Below, in pieces: positions 46,864-56,908 of a stretch of 64,000 nucleotides of DNA. Source of the stretch: Alphaproteobacteria bacterium (lineage in GTDB: Bacteria; Pseudomonadota; Alphaproteobacteria; GM7ARS4; G965262615); NCBI GenBank assembly GCA_965262615.1, contig OZ253545.1, positions 1,152,001 through 1,216,000 of the forward strand, read 5' to 3'. The notes under the pieces are model-generated. The model saw nothing but the letters and a program-made list of their open reading frames with translations. It ran no database searches and was not told where the DNA came from. Positions within the stretch are counted from its first letter, which is position 1. Each line of letters begins with the position of its first letter. Made by a program: the position numbers and the translations under genes.

Positions 46864-47331
46864 ATGAATCATGATCAACAACCGCCTCTGTGGTTTCAGC
46901 ATCCGTATCTGACCTGCCTCTATGTGCTGGGAGGGCGAATCGCCGATGTCTTGTTGCGCGTGGTGGCGGGCGGCAATCTCATTCCTCACGGCTATGGCAA
47001 AATTGTCAGTGAACAATCTGTTGCGGGATTCAGCGGCTTTGTTGCTCAATTGGGCTTTCCCATGCCGTTGTTTTTTGCATGGGTTGCCACATTGACCGAA
47101 CTTGTGGGCGGTTTTCTCATTTTGGTGGGACTTTTGACTCGTCCTGTGGCGGCGGCTGCCATTATTCTGATGCTGGTGATTGTCTTTGGTGTTCATTGGG
47201 AGAATGGATTCTCCAACAGCCAAGGAGGGTATGAGTATCCTCTGATGTGGCTGATCGTATTGCTGGTGGTGTTCTTCAAGGGCTCTGGACACTATTCGCT
47301 GGATCGGTTGCTTTTCAATAAGCAGTTCTAA
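46864..47331 (+). CDS. DoxX-family membrane protein
   Basis: LLR..HGYGK..TELVGG..GLLTR..GGYEYP; TTGTCT-17-TATAAA-7-ATG supports the 46864 start. Confidence 0.88.
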   Translation: MNHDQQPPLWFQHPYLTCLYVLGGRIADVLLRVVAGGNLIPHGYGKIVSEQSVAGFSGFVAQLGFPMPLFFAWVATLTELVGGFLILVGLLTRPVAAAAIILMLVIVFGVHWENGFSNSQGGYEYPLMWLIVLLVVFFKGSGHYSLDRLLFNKQF

Positions 47332-48167
47332 ATTCCCACATTATCAATCAGACGCACATCACCCAAAAACGCCGCGGCGCACAAGCGACAATGATTCCGT
47401 TGAGCTTCCTGTGCGGGCTGCAAACTCATATCATCCACCAAAGACACATAATCCACCGAAGTAAATCCCGCCCGCAATAATTGACTCACACACTCCTTTT
47501 CAATGGCATCTCTTGTGCCGCCTGCTTGCCATGCCGCCAAGCTTTGCGTCAAAACACCATAAAGACGCGGCGCAATGGCTCGGCTGGATTCGTTCAAATA
47601 CAGATTGCGTGACGAACACGCCAAGCCATCCTTCTCCCGAACCGTTGGCACGGCGCGAATATGCACATCCATCGCCAAATCGCGCACCATTTGCCTGATG
47701 ACCACATACTGCTGATAATCCTTTTCACCAAAAAAAGCCTCGTGAGGCTGTGTCATCATGAGCAATTTAGCCACCACGGTGGTCACGCCATCAAAGTGAG
47801 TGGGACGATGCACGCCACACAAAACTTCCGTCAAACCCGCCACCCGCACCGATGTGACAAAATCATCGGGATAAACATCATCTGATGACGGCACATAGAG
47901 CGCGGCAACATCATGCTTTTGCAGCAGTTCTATATCTTGCGGCAGGAAACGCGGATAACGCGTCCCATCCTCATGGGCGGCAAACTGCAACGGATTGACA
48001 AAAATGCTCGCCACCACCACATCGCAGCTGTGACGAGCCGCCGCCACCAGAGCCTCATGCCCTTGATGCAATGCGCCCATGGTGGGAACAAATCCGATGG
48101 TTCTGCCCTCGCGCCGCCATGACCGGCACAATTGCTGCCAGTTTTTATGCTCATCTATCACTTTCAT
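47328..48167 (-). CDS. panC: Pantoate--beta-alanine ligase
   Basis: FVPTMGALHQGH, FVNPLQF, FGEKDYQQ, SSRN and RLIDN motifs. Confidence 0.96.
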   Translation of the reverse strand: MKVIDEHKNWQQLCRSWRREGRTIGFVPTMGALHQGHEALVAAARHSCDVVVASIFVNPLQFAAHEDGTRYPRFLPQDIELLQKHDVAALYVPSSDDVYPDDFVTSVRVAGLTEVLCGVHRPTHFDGVTTVVAKLLMMTQPHEAFFGEKDYQQYVVIRQMVRDLAMDVHIRAVPTVREKDGLACSSRNLYLNESSRAIAPRLYGVLTQSLAAWQAGGTRDAIEKECVSQLLRAGFTSVDYVSLVDDMSLQPAQEAQRNHCRLCAAAFLGDVRLIDNVGI

Positions 48168-48985
48168 TTATCTGTGTAACACTCCTTATTTTTAGGAAAA
48201 TCGCCATCTCGCACATCATCGGCATAGCGGGCAAATGCCTTCCTGATGCGTGTCCCACTGTCATCATACACACGCACAAAATGAGGCTGGCGCGGCGTCA
48301 AAGCCAGCATGTCTTCTGCCACAAGAATCTGTCCATCGCATTGAGGTGACGCACCAATGCCAATGACTGGCACATCCACCGCAGACGCAATCTCGGCGGC
48401 AAGGGTGTGCGGCACACATTCCACCACCATAGCAAACACGCCCGCCTTGGCGATCGCTCGCGCATCCTCCATGATGCGCGCCCGCTCGCCATGCTCACGC
48501 CCTGCCACACGATGATCGCTGGCGTATTGAGGCATCAGACCCACATGTCCCATCACCGCCGTTCCTTGTGACACCACATGGGCAATGTCCTGTGCCACAT
48601 CTGCCCCGCCCTCAATCTTGACCCCTTGTGCTTGTGTCTGTTGCAATAACTGTTTCATGGCATCGGCTTTTTGCTCCTTGTTCCAATCTCGCACCTCGCA
48701 CGGTGCATCCAGCACCACCATAGACTGACTCGTCGCCGCCACCACCGCACTGCCATGACGCTCCATCATGGCAAGGGTGACACTATGGGTATCGTCCTGT
48801 CCGTAGATGGTCATGTTCATGGAATCCCCCACAAGAATGATATCCGCCACCCCATCGGCAAGACGCGCCCAGTAGGCACTCGCCAGAGCCAAACACACCA
48901 ATGGCTTGCCTCTGTGGTGCTTGATGGATGATGCATCCCACAGACGATTCATCATGTGCCTTCTTGTCTCTTGTCCATTATTCAT
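48164..48985 (-). CDS. panB: 3-methyl-2-oxobutanoate hydroxymethyltransferase
   Basis: ILVGDS, VKIEGG, MGHVGLMPQ and IGIGA..CDGQILV motifs; start uncertain. Confidence 0.94.
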   Translation of the reverse strand: MNNGQETRRHMMNRLWDASSIKHHRGKPLVCLALASAYWARLADGVADIILVGDSMNMTIYGQDDTHSVTLAMMERHGSAVVAATSQSMVVLDAPCEVRDWNKEQKADAMKQLLQQTQAQGVKIEGGADVAQDIAHVVSQGTAVMGHVGLMPQYASDHRVAGREHGERARIMEDARAIAKAGVFAMVVECVPHTLAAEIASAVDVPVIGIGASPQCDGQILVAEDMLALTPRQPHFVRVYDDSGTRIRKAFARYADDVRDGDFPKNKECYTDK

Positions 48986-48999
48986 TCATAAGACATCCT

Positions 49000-50742
49000 A
49001 TGGTGATGAACAACAAGGCTTTTGTGCTTCTGCTGTCAATGGGATTGCTGGGCGTGAGTTCATCGGAGCCCGAACGAGCCGCGCACCTTTCTATGGACAT
49101 CTCCCTGCAACAGGCACAGGGGCGTGAATGGATGGTGGTCACCGCCAATGGTCATGCCAGCGATGCGGCACGGCGTATTCTGCAGCAAGGAGGCAATGCC
49201 ATGGATGCCGCCATCGCCGCCGCTCTGGTGCTCAATGTGGTAGAGCCGCAATCATCGGGAATCGGCGGCTCGGCGTTCTTGCTTTATTTTGACGGCAACA
49301 AAAAAACAACTCACAGCTATGACGGCAGAGAAGAAGCCCCCGCTTCGGCTCATCCCGCCATGTTTCTCAAGCAAGATGGACAAGCATATGGATTTCATGA
49401 AGCCAGCAGCATGGGCATCGCCGTAGGAGTCCCAGGTGCTCTGGCTTTGATGGAAGAAGCACACCGCCATCATGGTGTCTTGGCATGGCGGACGCTTTTT
49501 GCCGATGCCATTGCCCTTGCCCGTGATGGCTTTGAGGTCAGCCCCCGCCTTGCCCAATTGCTCGCCGATGCCGATGAGGTGCGCCGCAATGCCCCTCACA
49601 ATCCTCTCTTTCATGCCGATGGCACGCCGCGCACCGCAGGTGACACCTACACCAATCGGGCTCTGGCAAACACGCTGGCTTTGGTGCGTGATGAGGGCAG
49701 CCATCCGCTCTATCACGGCACAATACGCAATGCCATCATTGAGGCGGTCGCCAATGCACCGCACAAACCAACCACTCTCACCAACGATGATTTTGCCAGC
49801 TACCGCGTCCGCACACCACCGCCCTTGTGTGATTCCTACCGTTCCTATCGTCTTTGCAGTGTGTCACTGCCCACATCGGGCGGCATGACACTGATGCAAA
49901 TTCTCACCATGCTGCAATCATTTCCGCTGGACATGACGCAAGCGGGTGAGGCATCGGCGATTCACCTCATCAGTGAAGCGTCCCGCCTTGCCTATGAGGA
50001 TCGCGGCTTTTGGCTCGCCGATGATCGCTTTGCCGCCGTGCCCACCGCTCAATTGCTGGATGATGCCATGCTGCGCCAACGCAGCCAATCCATCACCATG
50101 AACCACACCATGAGCCACACCCATCCCAGCTTTAATCGTGATGCTCATTGTCGCCGTGACATCATGCCGGTCAATCGCCCCTCCACCACTCATATCAGCA
50201 TTATTGACGCATCAGGCAACAGCATCTCACTGACCGCCAGCGTTGGACCTGCATTCGGCTCTGGCTTGTGGGCGGCGGGATTTTTTCTCAATAGCGAGCT
50301 CACCGATTTTGCCCTCGCGCCTCATGACGACAAAAAATGCCGCCTTGCCAATGAAGCTCAAGGCGGAAAACGCCCCCTCAGTTCCATGACTCCCCTCATC
50401 GTCTTTAATGAAGAACAACAGCCCGTTTTGGTGGCCGGCTCGGCGGGAGGCATGTTTATCATCGCCTATCTGGCACGGGTGGTCACCGCCATCCTTGATT
50501 TCAAAGAGTCCCCCGCCGATGCCCTTGCCCTGCCGCACCATGTGCGGCTGCACAAAGGCGCATTGATGTTAGAAAAAGGACGCGACTTTCCAGCCAGCAC
50601 CCTCAAAGACCTTCACGCACGAGGTACGCCCATTCAATACAGACCCATGACCAGTGGTTTGCATGTCATTTTTGTGGACGATGACGGCATTCTTCACGGC
50701 GCAGCCGATTCACGCCGTGAAGGGGTCGCTTTGGGGCAATGA
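49000..50742 (+). CDS. ggt: Gamma-glutamyltransferase
   Basis: Signal peptide; GGNAMDAA, EPQSSGIGG, STTHISI, RPLSSM and ADSRREG motifs. Confidence 0.94.
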   Translation: MVMNNKAFVLLLSMGLLGVSSSEPERAAHLSMDISLQQAQGREWMVVTANGHASDAARRILQQGGNAMDAAIAAALVLNVVEPQSSGIGGSAFLLYFDGNKKTTHSYDGREEAPASAHPAMFLKQDGQAYGFHEASSMGIAVGVPGALALMEEAHRHHGVLAWRTLFADAIALARDGFEVSPRLAQLLADADEVRRNAPHNPLFHADGTPRTAGDTYTNRALANTLALVRDEGSHPLYHGTIRNAIIEAVANAPHKPTTLTNDDFASYRVRTPPPLCDSYRSYRLCSVSLPTSGGMTLMQILTMLQSFPLDMTQAGEASAIHLISEASRLAYEDRGFWLADDRFAAVPTAQLLDDAMLRQRSQSITMNHTMSHTHPSFNRDAHCRRDIMPVNRPSTTHISIIDASGNSISLTASVGPAFGSGLWAAGFFLNSELTDFALAPHDDKKCRLANEAQGGKRPLSSMTPLIVFNEEQQPVLVAGSAGGMFIIAYLARVVTAILDFKESPADALALPHHVRLHKGALMLEKGRDFPASTLKDLHARGTPIQYRPMTSGLHVIFVDDDGILHGAADSRREGVALGQ

Positions 50743-50755
50743 TGAAAACTCGCGT

Positions 50756-50784
50756 TTGCCTCACGCGTCTCTTGCCGTTACACT
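50756..50784 (+). promoter_or_regulatory. Candidate tRNA-Arg promoter
   Basis: TTGCCT-17-TACACT, 8 nt upstream of the tRNA. Confidence 0.55.
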
Positions 50785-50792
50785 TTGCACAC

Positions 50793-50866
50793 GCGCCCGT
50801 AGCTCAGCTGGATAGAGTGCCGCCCTCCGAAGGCGGAGGTCACAGGTTCGAATCCTGTCGGGCGCG
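50793..50866 (+). tRNA. tRNA-Arg(CCG), CCA not encoded
   Basis: GCGCCCG/CGGGCGC acceptor stem; ccgcc-ctCCGaa-ggcgg anticodon arm; GGTTCGAATCC. Confidence 0.96.
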
Positions 50867-50887
50867 CCCTCCCTTCATCTGTGCCTC

Positions 50888-52296
50888 ATGACCATTCGCT
50901 ACACCAGCACCCGTTCAGCATCGCTCTCTCTTTCCTTTCGTGATGTCCTCATCGGCGGCTTGGCGCATGACGGCGGACTCACCATGCCGAAGCGGTGGCA
51001 TCGGTTATCCGATGATGACCTGCAGCCCATGAGTTATGAACAGCGCGTCTGTGCCGTCACCCATCCTATGTGGCATCCAGCATTGATGAGACAACCTACA
51101 AAAAACTCATCGCTCGCAGCTATGGCTCGTTTCCTTCCGAGCCGCCACTCATTCATTTGCATGACAATCGCTGGATTCTCAATCTCACTTTGGGACCCTC
51201 TCTTGCCTTCAAAGACTATGCCCTGCAGCTCACGGCAAACCTCTTTGACCATATCCTCACCCAAGAACAGCGTCATCTCACCATTGTGGTGGCGACATCG
51301 GGAGACACGGGGGCGGCTGCCATTCATGCCTGTCGGCAGCAACACACCATGCAGCTCATCGTGCTGCATCCTCATGAACGCATCGCCCCCCTGCAAAGAC
51401 GGCAAATGACCACCTGTCATGAGCCTCACATTCACAACATTGCCGTCAGAGGCAGCTTTGATGATTGTCAGCGCATGGTCAAAGACATCTTCGCCGATGC
51501 TCGGCATGACACCTCACACCTGCCGCCACTGGGAGCCATGAACTCCATCAATTGGGCGCGCATCATGGCACAGATGGTCTATTACTGTCATGCCATTGCC
51601 CAATTGCGGGCGCATGGCAGAGGCAAAAGCGTCACCTTTGTCGTGCCAAGCGGCAATTTTGGCAATATGTTCGCCGCTTATGGCGCAAAACGCATGGGCA
51701 TGCCCATTGACCACTGCCTTGTTGCCACCAATCATAATGATGTCCTGGCGCGCTTTTTCAGCAGTGGAATCATGCAGCCTCACGCCATGCGTCCGTCTTT
51801 GAGTCCCAGCATGGATATTCAAACCGCCAGCAATTTTGAACGCCTGCTTTATGAATGTTCTGGACGCAATCATCATGATGTGACCGATTTCATGACCCAG
51901 CTGCAACAGCACGGCAAAGCCGCCGTTGCCAAAGACACATGGACACGCATGACACAAACCTTCTCGGCAGCCGCCGTCAGTGATGACCAAACCCTTGCCA
52001 CCATCAACCACATTCACAAAAATCATCATCTCATCATTGACCCTCACACCGCCGTGGCAGTGACCGCAGCACAGCACCATCACGCCCGTGACGACACCGA
52101 TGTGGTGATGGTCGCCACCGCCCATCCCGCCAAATTTCCCGATGCCATCACCAAAGCCTGCCAGCACACGCCCCCTCCACACGATTCTCTTGCCGCCTTG
52201 CATCACCACAAAGAACAATTTACCATCATGGATGCTGACACCGCTCAATTGCGTGCCTATATCCTGCAAAACACTTCTCGGAGGAATTCATCATGA
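50888..52296 (+). pseudogene. thrC: Threonine synthase split by a 1-nt frameshift near 51067
   Basis: RYTSTR and GLAHDGGL in one frame; GPSLAFKD, ATSGDTG, NSINWARI and VPSGNFGN in another. Confidence 0.85.
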
Positions 52297-53504
52297 CCAT
52301 CACTCACCGCCTTCCCAATGGCATTCGTATTCTTCTTGACCCCATGCGCGATGTGCAATCGGTGACCATGGGTGTCTGGGTGGGCGTGGGGGCACGCTGT
52401 GAGAGCAAAGAACAAAATGGCTTGGCACACTTTCTTGAACACATGGCGTTCAAAGGCACAACAAGCCGTGACGCACTCGCCATCGCCAGAGAAATTGAGG
52501 ATGTGGGCGGCATCATCAATGCCTGGACTTCGCGCGAATGCACCGCCTATTATGCCCGTGTGCTCAGTGACCACAGCGAGCGGGCGTTGCATCTGCTGGC
52601 TGACATTCTCTCTCACTCCACCTTTGATTCCATTGAAATGGAGCGCGAGCGCGGCGTTATTTTGCAAGAAATCGGCATGGCGGCGGACACCCCCGAAGAT
52701 GTGGTGTGGGATCATTTTCAAGCCACCGCCTTTCCAGACCAAGCCATCGGCAGACCCATTCTTGGCGACAGGGACATCATTCGCACCCTGCCGCGAGAGG
52801 ATATGCAGTCATTCATTGACCACCACTACAAAGCCGATTCTATGGTCATTGCCATTGCGGGAAAAATGGATGAAGACAAGCTTCTGAGCCACGCTCAAAG
52901 TCTCTTTGCGAATTGGAACAATGATGCGCCACCGCCGGTCACCAGCGCGCACTATGAAGGCGGCGACCATCATGCCACGAAAAAACTGGAACAATCTCAT
53001 ATCGTGCAAGGGGTGCGCGCTCCCAGCTATCACCATGACCTTCATCTTGCCTGCAAAGCCACCGCCTTGATTTATGGCGGCGGCATGGCGTCGCGTTTGT
53101 TTCAGGAAATACGCGAAAAACGCGGGCTGGCGTATCATGTGTCCGCCTTCTATCAACCCTACAATGACAGTGGCTTGTTTGGATTTTATGCCGGCACATC
53201 TCATGAGCGAGTGAGTGAAGTGCGGAATGTGGCGCGCGAGCTCTTTCATGCCATTGGTGATGATGTCAGTGATGACGAGCTGCAACGGGCACAAGAAGCT
53301 TTACGCGCCTCATTGCTCATGGGACAAGAAAGCACCGCCGCGCGCTGTGACCGTCTGGCACAACAATGGCTAATTTATGACAAGGTGGAGACACTGGAGC
53401 AATCCATCGCCCGCATTGATGCCCTCACGAAAGATTCAATTAGGAACTGCATCACTCACCTTAATCAAGCCAATGAGACATCGGCACATCTTGGTTTGCA
53501 TTAA
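52293..53504 (+). CDS. M16 family zinc peptidase (MPP-like)
   Basis: [16 protein letters not shown] and [15 protein letters not shown] motifs; follows thrC as is common in Alphaproteobacteria. Confidence 0.94.
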   Translation: MTITHRLPNGIRILLDPMRDVQSVTMGVWVGVGARCESKEQNGLAHFLEHMAFKGTTSRDALAIAREIEDVGGIINAWTSRECTAYYARVLSDHSERALHLLADILSHSTFDSIEMERERGVILQEIGMAADTPEDVVWDHFQATAFPDQAIGRPILGDRDIIRTLPREDMQSFIDHHYKADSMVIAIAGKMDEDKLLSHAQSLFANWNNDAPPPVTSAHYEGGDHHATKKLEQSHIVQGVRAPSYHHDLHLACKATALIYGGGMASRLFQEIREKRGLAYHVSAFYQPYNDSGLFGFYAGTSHERVSEVRNVARELFHAIGDDVSDDELQRAQEALRASLLMGQESTAARCDRLAQQWLIYDKVETLEQSIARIDALTKDSIRNCITHLNQANETSAHLGLH

Positions 53505-53508
53505 TTTG

Positions 53509-53581
<73 letters not shown>

Positions 53582-53706
53582 CTCGCATCATAGTAGGCTG
53601 TCGGGCGGATAGGTCAAGACAAAACACAGCCGACACATACTCGTAAATAACTTTACTTTGACACAAAACATCATTATATTGGCAACAATCGTCAAAGGAG
53701 AAAGTC

Positions 53707-54039
53707 ATGAGCACTAAAGGAATTCCTGAACTGAAAGAAATCCTTGAAGTAGTGATTAAAATGCAAGATGATTTAACAGCGTTAAGTCATCGTGTTGACA
53801 CGCGTTTCGATGAATTCGACAAGCGTTTTGATGAATTCGACAAGCGTTTCGGTGAAATTAGAGAACGCTTAGATAAATTAGAGGCAGAAGTCAAAAATCT
53901 TCGTAAGGCACATGAAATTCTGACGGAAAATATCAGTGAGGCTCTGTCGCGCATTGATCTTTTGGAGAAAAGAGTAAAGAAATTAGAAAGTTTGGAAGAC
54001 AGGGTCAGCCAATTGGAAAAGCCAAAGGACAAGACCTAG
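53707..54039 (+). CDS. Soluble heptad coiled-coil protein (FDEFDKR repeats)
   Basis: AAGGAG RBS, AT-rich, continuous heptads; 21-bp tandem repeats at 53802-53856. Confidence 0.8.
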   Translation: MSTKGIPELKEILEVVIKMQDDLTALSHRVDTRFDEFDKRFDEFDKRFGEIRERLDKLEAEVKNLRKAHEILTENISEALSRIDLLEKRVKKLESLEDRVSQLEKPKDKT

Positions 54040-54068
54040 CTGTTTTGGAACATGGTGATTGACTAACC

Positions 54069-54488
54069 TTAACGAATGGTGATCTGGACGCGATTATTGG
54101 CGCGATTGAACAGTTCTTGTTTTTTGCGTGTCACCAGCCGTGTGTCGCCCCAGTGACGCATCACAATGCGCTTCTGCTCAACCCCAAAAGACAGCAAAAA
54201 ATCGCCCACCACCGCACATCGCCGTGCCGCCAATGCCCACAAAAAATCATCACTGCCCCGCACAGAGGCATGACAATCCAACACAACATCATAGTTCTCA
54301 TGAGATGCCAGCCATGCGCCATATTGCTGCAACACATAAGAAGATGATTCATCCAGCACCGTGCGTGCCTCATCAAAATACACCGTATTCCCCACAAGAG
54401 TGGCGACATAGGCGGAATCATCGGAATCCACCCTCTGTTGTGCCGCCAGCAGGGCAGGCACAAAAACCAGCACCAATGCCCATCTCAT
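54069..54488 (-). CDS. pal: Pal/OmpA-family peptidoglycan-binding protein lacking lipobox Cys
   Basis: VYFD, H..RGS....ALAARR...V..FL...GV, G and NNRV motifs; downstream of tolB. Confidence 0.78.
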   Translation of the reverse strand: MRWALVLVFVPALLAAQQRVDSDDSAYVATLVGNTVYFDEARTVLDESSSYVLQQYGAWLASHENYDVVLDCHASVRGSDDFLWALAARRCAVVGDFLLSFGVEQKRIVMRHWGDTRLVTRKKQELFNRANNRVQITIR

Positions 54489-54595
54489 ACCGTGTCCCCC
54501 ACAAGAGTGGCGACATAGGCGGAATCATCGGAATCCATCCTCTGTTGTGCCCACAGCACGGCAGGCACAAAAGCCAGCATCAATGCCCATCTCAT
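54485..54595 (-). CDS. 36-aa mini-ORF duplicating the Pal N-terminus
   Basis: MRWALMLAFVPAVLWAQQRMDSDDSAYVATLVGDTV*; ATGA overlaps with both the tolB stop and the pal start. Confidence 0.55.
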   Translation of the reverse strand: MRWALMLAFVPAVLWAQQRMDSDDSAYVATLVGDTV

Positions 54596-55848
54596 GGGGG
54601 TGCGCTCCATGAGACATCACGCACCACATCATCGCCGCTCTCCACATCATACAGCGCGCCGCTGTCAATATTGAGCACGCGAATGGTGCGCCGTTCATCG
54701 CTCGCGTCATTGCGCATCGATTGGGTGAACAACAGGGCATTGCCACCCGCAGACCACGACACATGGTCAAAAAAGATGCCCGTTTTGAGCACGCGCAGAC
54801 CAGAGCCATCCGCCGCCATCACCGCCAACTGGCAACCGTCTGCAAGACAACGCACAAAGGCGATGTCATCCCCTTGGGGTGACCACACAGGCACAAAATA
54901 CTCCCCCTCAGCGAATGTCAGGCGGCGCAGGTCAGTGCCATCGCGCGCCATCCCATACAACTGAGATGTGCCGCCACGACGAGAACTGAACACCAGACGC
55001 TGTCGCGTGCCGTCCCATCCACCAGGCAAATCAATGGCACTGTGGCTGGTGAGACGCTCCTCCACGCGCGATGCCATATCCAAATGATACACATCGCTAT
55101 TGCCCCATGATGAGCGAGCAAACAACACATGGGTGCCATCATCAAAGACGCGCAGCGCAAAAGACATCGCATCACCTCCTTCACCACCCTCTGTGATGGC
55201 GGTCATTTCCTCTTTTTCCACATCATACACATGCAAGCTGAGAATTCCTTCCTCATGAATCACACACACGATGCGCCGTCCTCCATCAATGGCGCGCGCC
55301 GACACAATGTGCTCGTCCAATTCAATAAAGCGCGCTTCATGCAGTGATGACAATCTCATAAAAGTCAAACGGCTGCCCTCACCATCCGCCACCACGGACA
55401 TGATGCGATGGGCAAAGTAGCCTTCCTTGCCCGTGATGATGCCATAGAGGTCATCGGCGACCGTGTCGGCAATGAGTGAGCTCTCGTCATCGGTGGAGCG
55501 ATACGCGCGCGCCAGCACCTGTTCGCCGGATGTGACATTCCACACCCGCATGCGCCACACCCACTGGTCATCTTCGTGCCATTGGGCAATCACCGCCCAC
55601 GACACCCCTTCGCTGCGCCATTGTTCCATTGATGGATTCAAAGCCAGCACATCATCCCCTTCCACATACATTTGTCTGATGGTTGCCATGCCACTGTTTT
55701 GCAGGTGCTGGATCACTTGTTTTTGCAATGTCATGGCTTCCTCTTGGGGAGCAACCATGCCAAACGCCACCAACGATGCCGCCTGTGCGCCCACAGCACA
55801 ATGACACACAACACTCATGACCATCATGATGCTCCACACAAATCTCAT
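54592..55848 (-). CDS. tolB: TolB-like beta-propeller protein
   Basis: Signal peptide; ADDLY..ITG..GYF; PD40-like repeats (LVFSSRRGG, PVWSPQGD). Confidence 0.85.
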   Translation of the reverse strand: MRFVWSIMMVMSVVCHCAVGAQAASLVAFGMVAPQEEAMTLQKQVIQHLQNSGMATIRQMYVEGDDVLALNPSMEQWRSEGVSWAVIAQWHEDDQWVWRMRVWNVTSGEQVLARAYRSTDDESSLIADTVADDLYGIITGKEGYFAHRIMSVVADGEGSRLTFMRLSSLHEARFIELDEHIVSARAIDGGRRIVCVIHEEGILSLHVYDVEKEEMTAITEGGEGGDAMSFALRVFDDGTHVLFARSSWGNSDVYHLDMASRVEERLTSHSAIDLPGGWDGTRQRLVFSSRRGGTSQLYGMARDGTDLRRLTFAEGEYFVPVWSPQGDDIAFVRCLADGCQLAVMAADGSGLRVLKTGIFFDHVSWSAGGNALLFTQSMRNDASDERRTIRVLNIDSGALYDVESGDDVVRDVSWSAPP

Positions 55849-56456
55849 CTTGCCACCGCATTGACATCACGGGCTAAAATGATGCACAAACGCTGCACCC
55901 ACAAACAGAGCAAACGGTCGTGATGGCGCAATCGCTCTTTTAATACAGCGTAGAAAAACGCCGCGAGCAGCATCACAAACACCGTGCCATAGCCATTCCA
56001 AAACCACACATCACGAGCCACAACAGACGCAAAAAACATGGCATCAAGCCACAAGCCTCCCATCATCATCAGTGGAGCCACCGCCGCGCCGTGCAGCAAC
56101 GCCTTCAGACGATGACGACAATGCTCCTTTTCCTCACCCCACAACACATGCAAGGGGCGCGCCAAATAATCCACCCGACTGTCTTCGCTTCCCAAACGAG
56201 AATCCGCCAGCAAGCGTTGATAATCCTGCATCGCCGTGACAAACATCTTATGAATCACCGACCCACGCGCCTTTCTTTGAGCATGAGCAAGCAAGTCATC
56301 AATAGAATTCGCTCCCTCCACCGCCTTTTGAAAACGCCGTTCCTCACGCGCCAAAAAGCCAATGCGGTTCATCTCGTGAGCAGCCACCGTGAGGGTCATC
56401 ACCAACACAACCACCAGCACAAATGACATGCCGTAGTGCCAAAACAAAGGAATCAT
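55845..56456 (-). CDS. Degenerate TolQ-like membrane protein
   Basis: Occupies the tolQ position after ybgC; 3 hydrophobic segments; AAVAP remnant but no GLxGTV motif. Confidence 0.5.
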   Translation of the reverse strand: MIPLFWHYGMSFVLVVVLVMTLTVAAHEMNRIGFLAREERRFQKAVEGANSIDDLLAHAQRKARGSVIHKMFVTAMQDYQRLLADSRLGSEDSRVDYLARPLHVLWGEEKEHCRHRLKALLHGAAVAPLMMMGGLWLDAMFFASVVARDVWFWNGYGTVFVMLLAAFFYAVLKERLRHHDRLLCLWVQRLCIILARDVNAVAR

Positions 56457-56908
56457 GAGTCAGCCAGCATGGGGTCAAGACACGCCACCAACGCCGCAGG
56501 CATCGCCATGACACGCATCCGCTCTGTGTGAATAAACGCGAGGGTCACATCAAATGACGACACCAGTGTCTCCCCCTTCATCACCCGCTGATGCAATCGC
56601 ACCGAGCATTTTTTCAAATGACACAATTGCGTCTCAACAATCAAGACATCATGAAGGTGTGCGGGGCGATGGTAATCACCATAGCATCGCCGCACCACGA
56701 AGATTCCGTCTCCCATCATTTCGTCCCCGCCCGTCAGACGCAACCATTCCGAGCGCGCCCGCTCAATAAAACGCGCATAAGACCCATAATAGACAATGCC
56801 GCCACTATCGGTGTCTTCATAATACACCCGCAGGGAAAACAGATGACGCGTGCCGTCACGCCATCCCATAGAGGGCATGTGGTTATTCATCGTTTTCCTC
56901 TTGGTCAA
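56453..56908 (-). CDS. ybgC: Tol-pal-associated acyl-CoA thioesterase
   Basis: RVYYEDTDSGGIVYY and ERARSEWLR motifs. Confidence 0.92.
   Translation of the reverse strand: MTKRKTMNNHMPSMGWRDGTRHLFSLRVYYEDTDSGGIVYYGSYARFIERARSEWLRLTGGDEMMGDGIFVVRRCYGDYHRPAHLHDVLIVETQLCHLKKCSVRLHQRVMKGETLVSSFDVTLAFIHTERMRVMAMPAALVACLDPMLADS

Noticed and set aside
51055-51080. Programmed ribosomal frameshift in thrC
   Set aside because: No X XXY YYZ slippery site or homopolymer; a 1-nt deletion is the simpler explanation.
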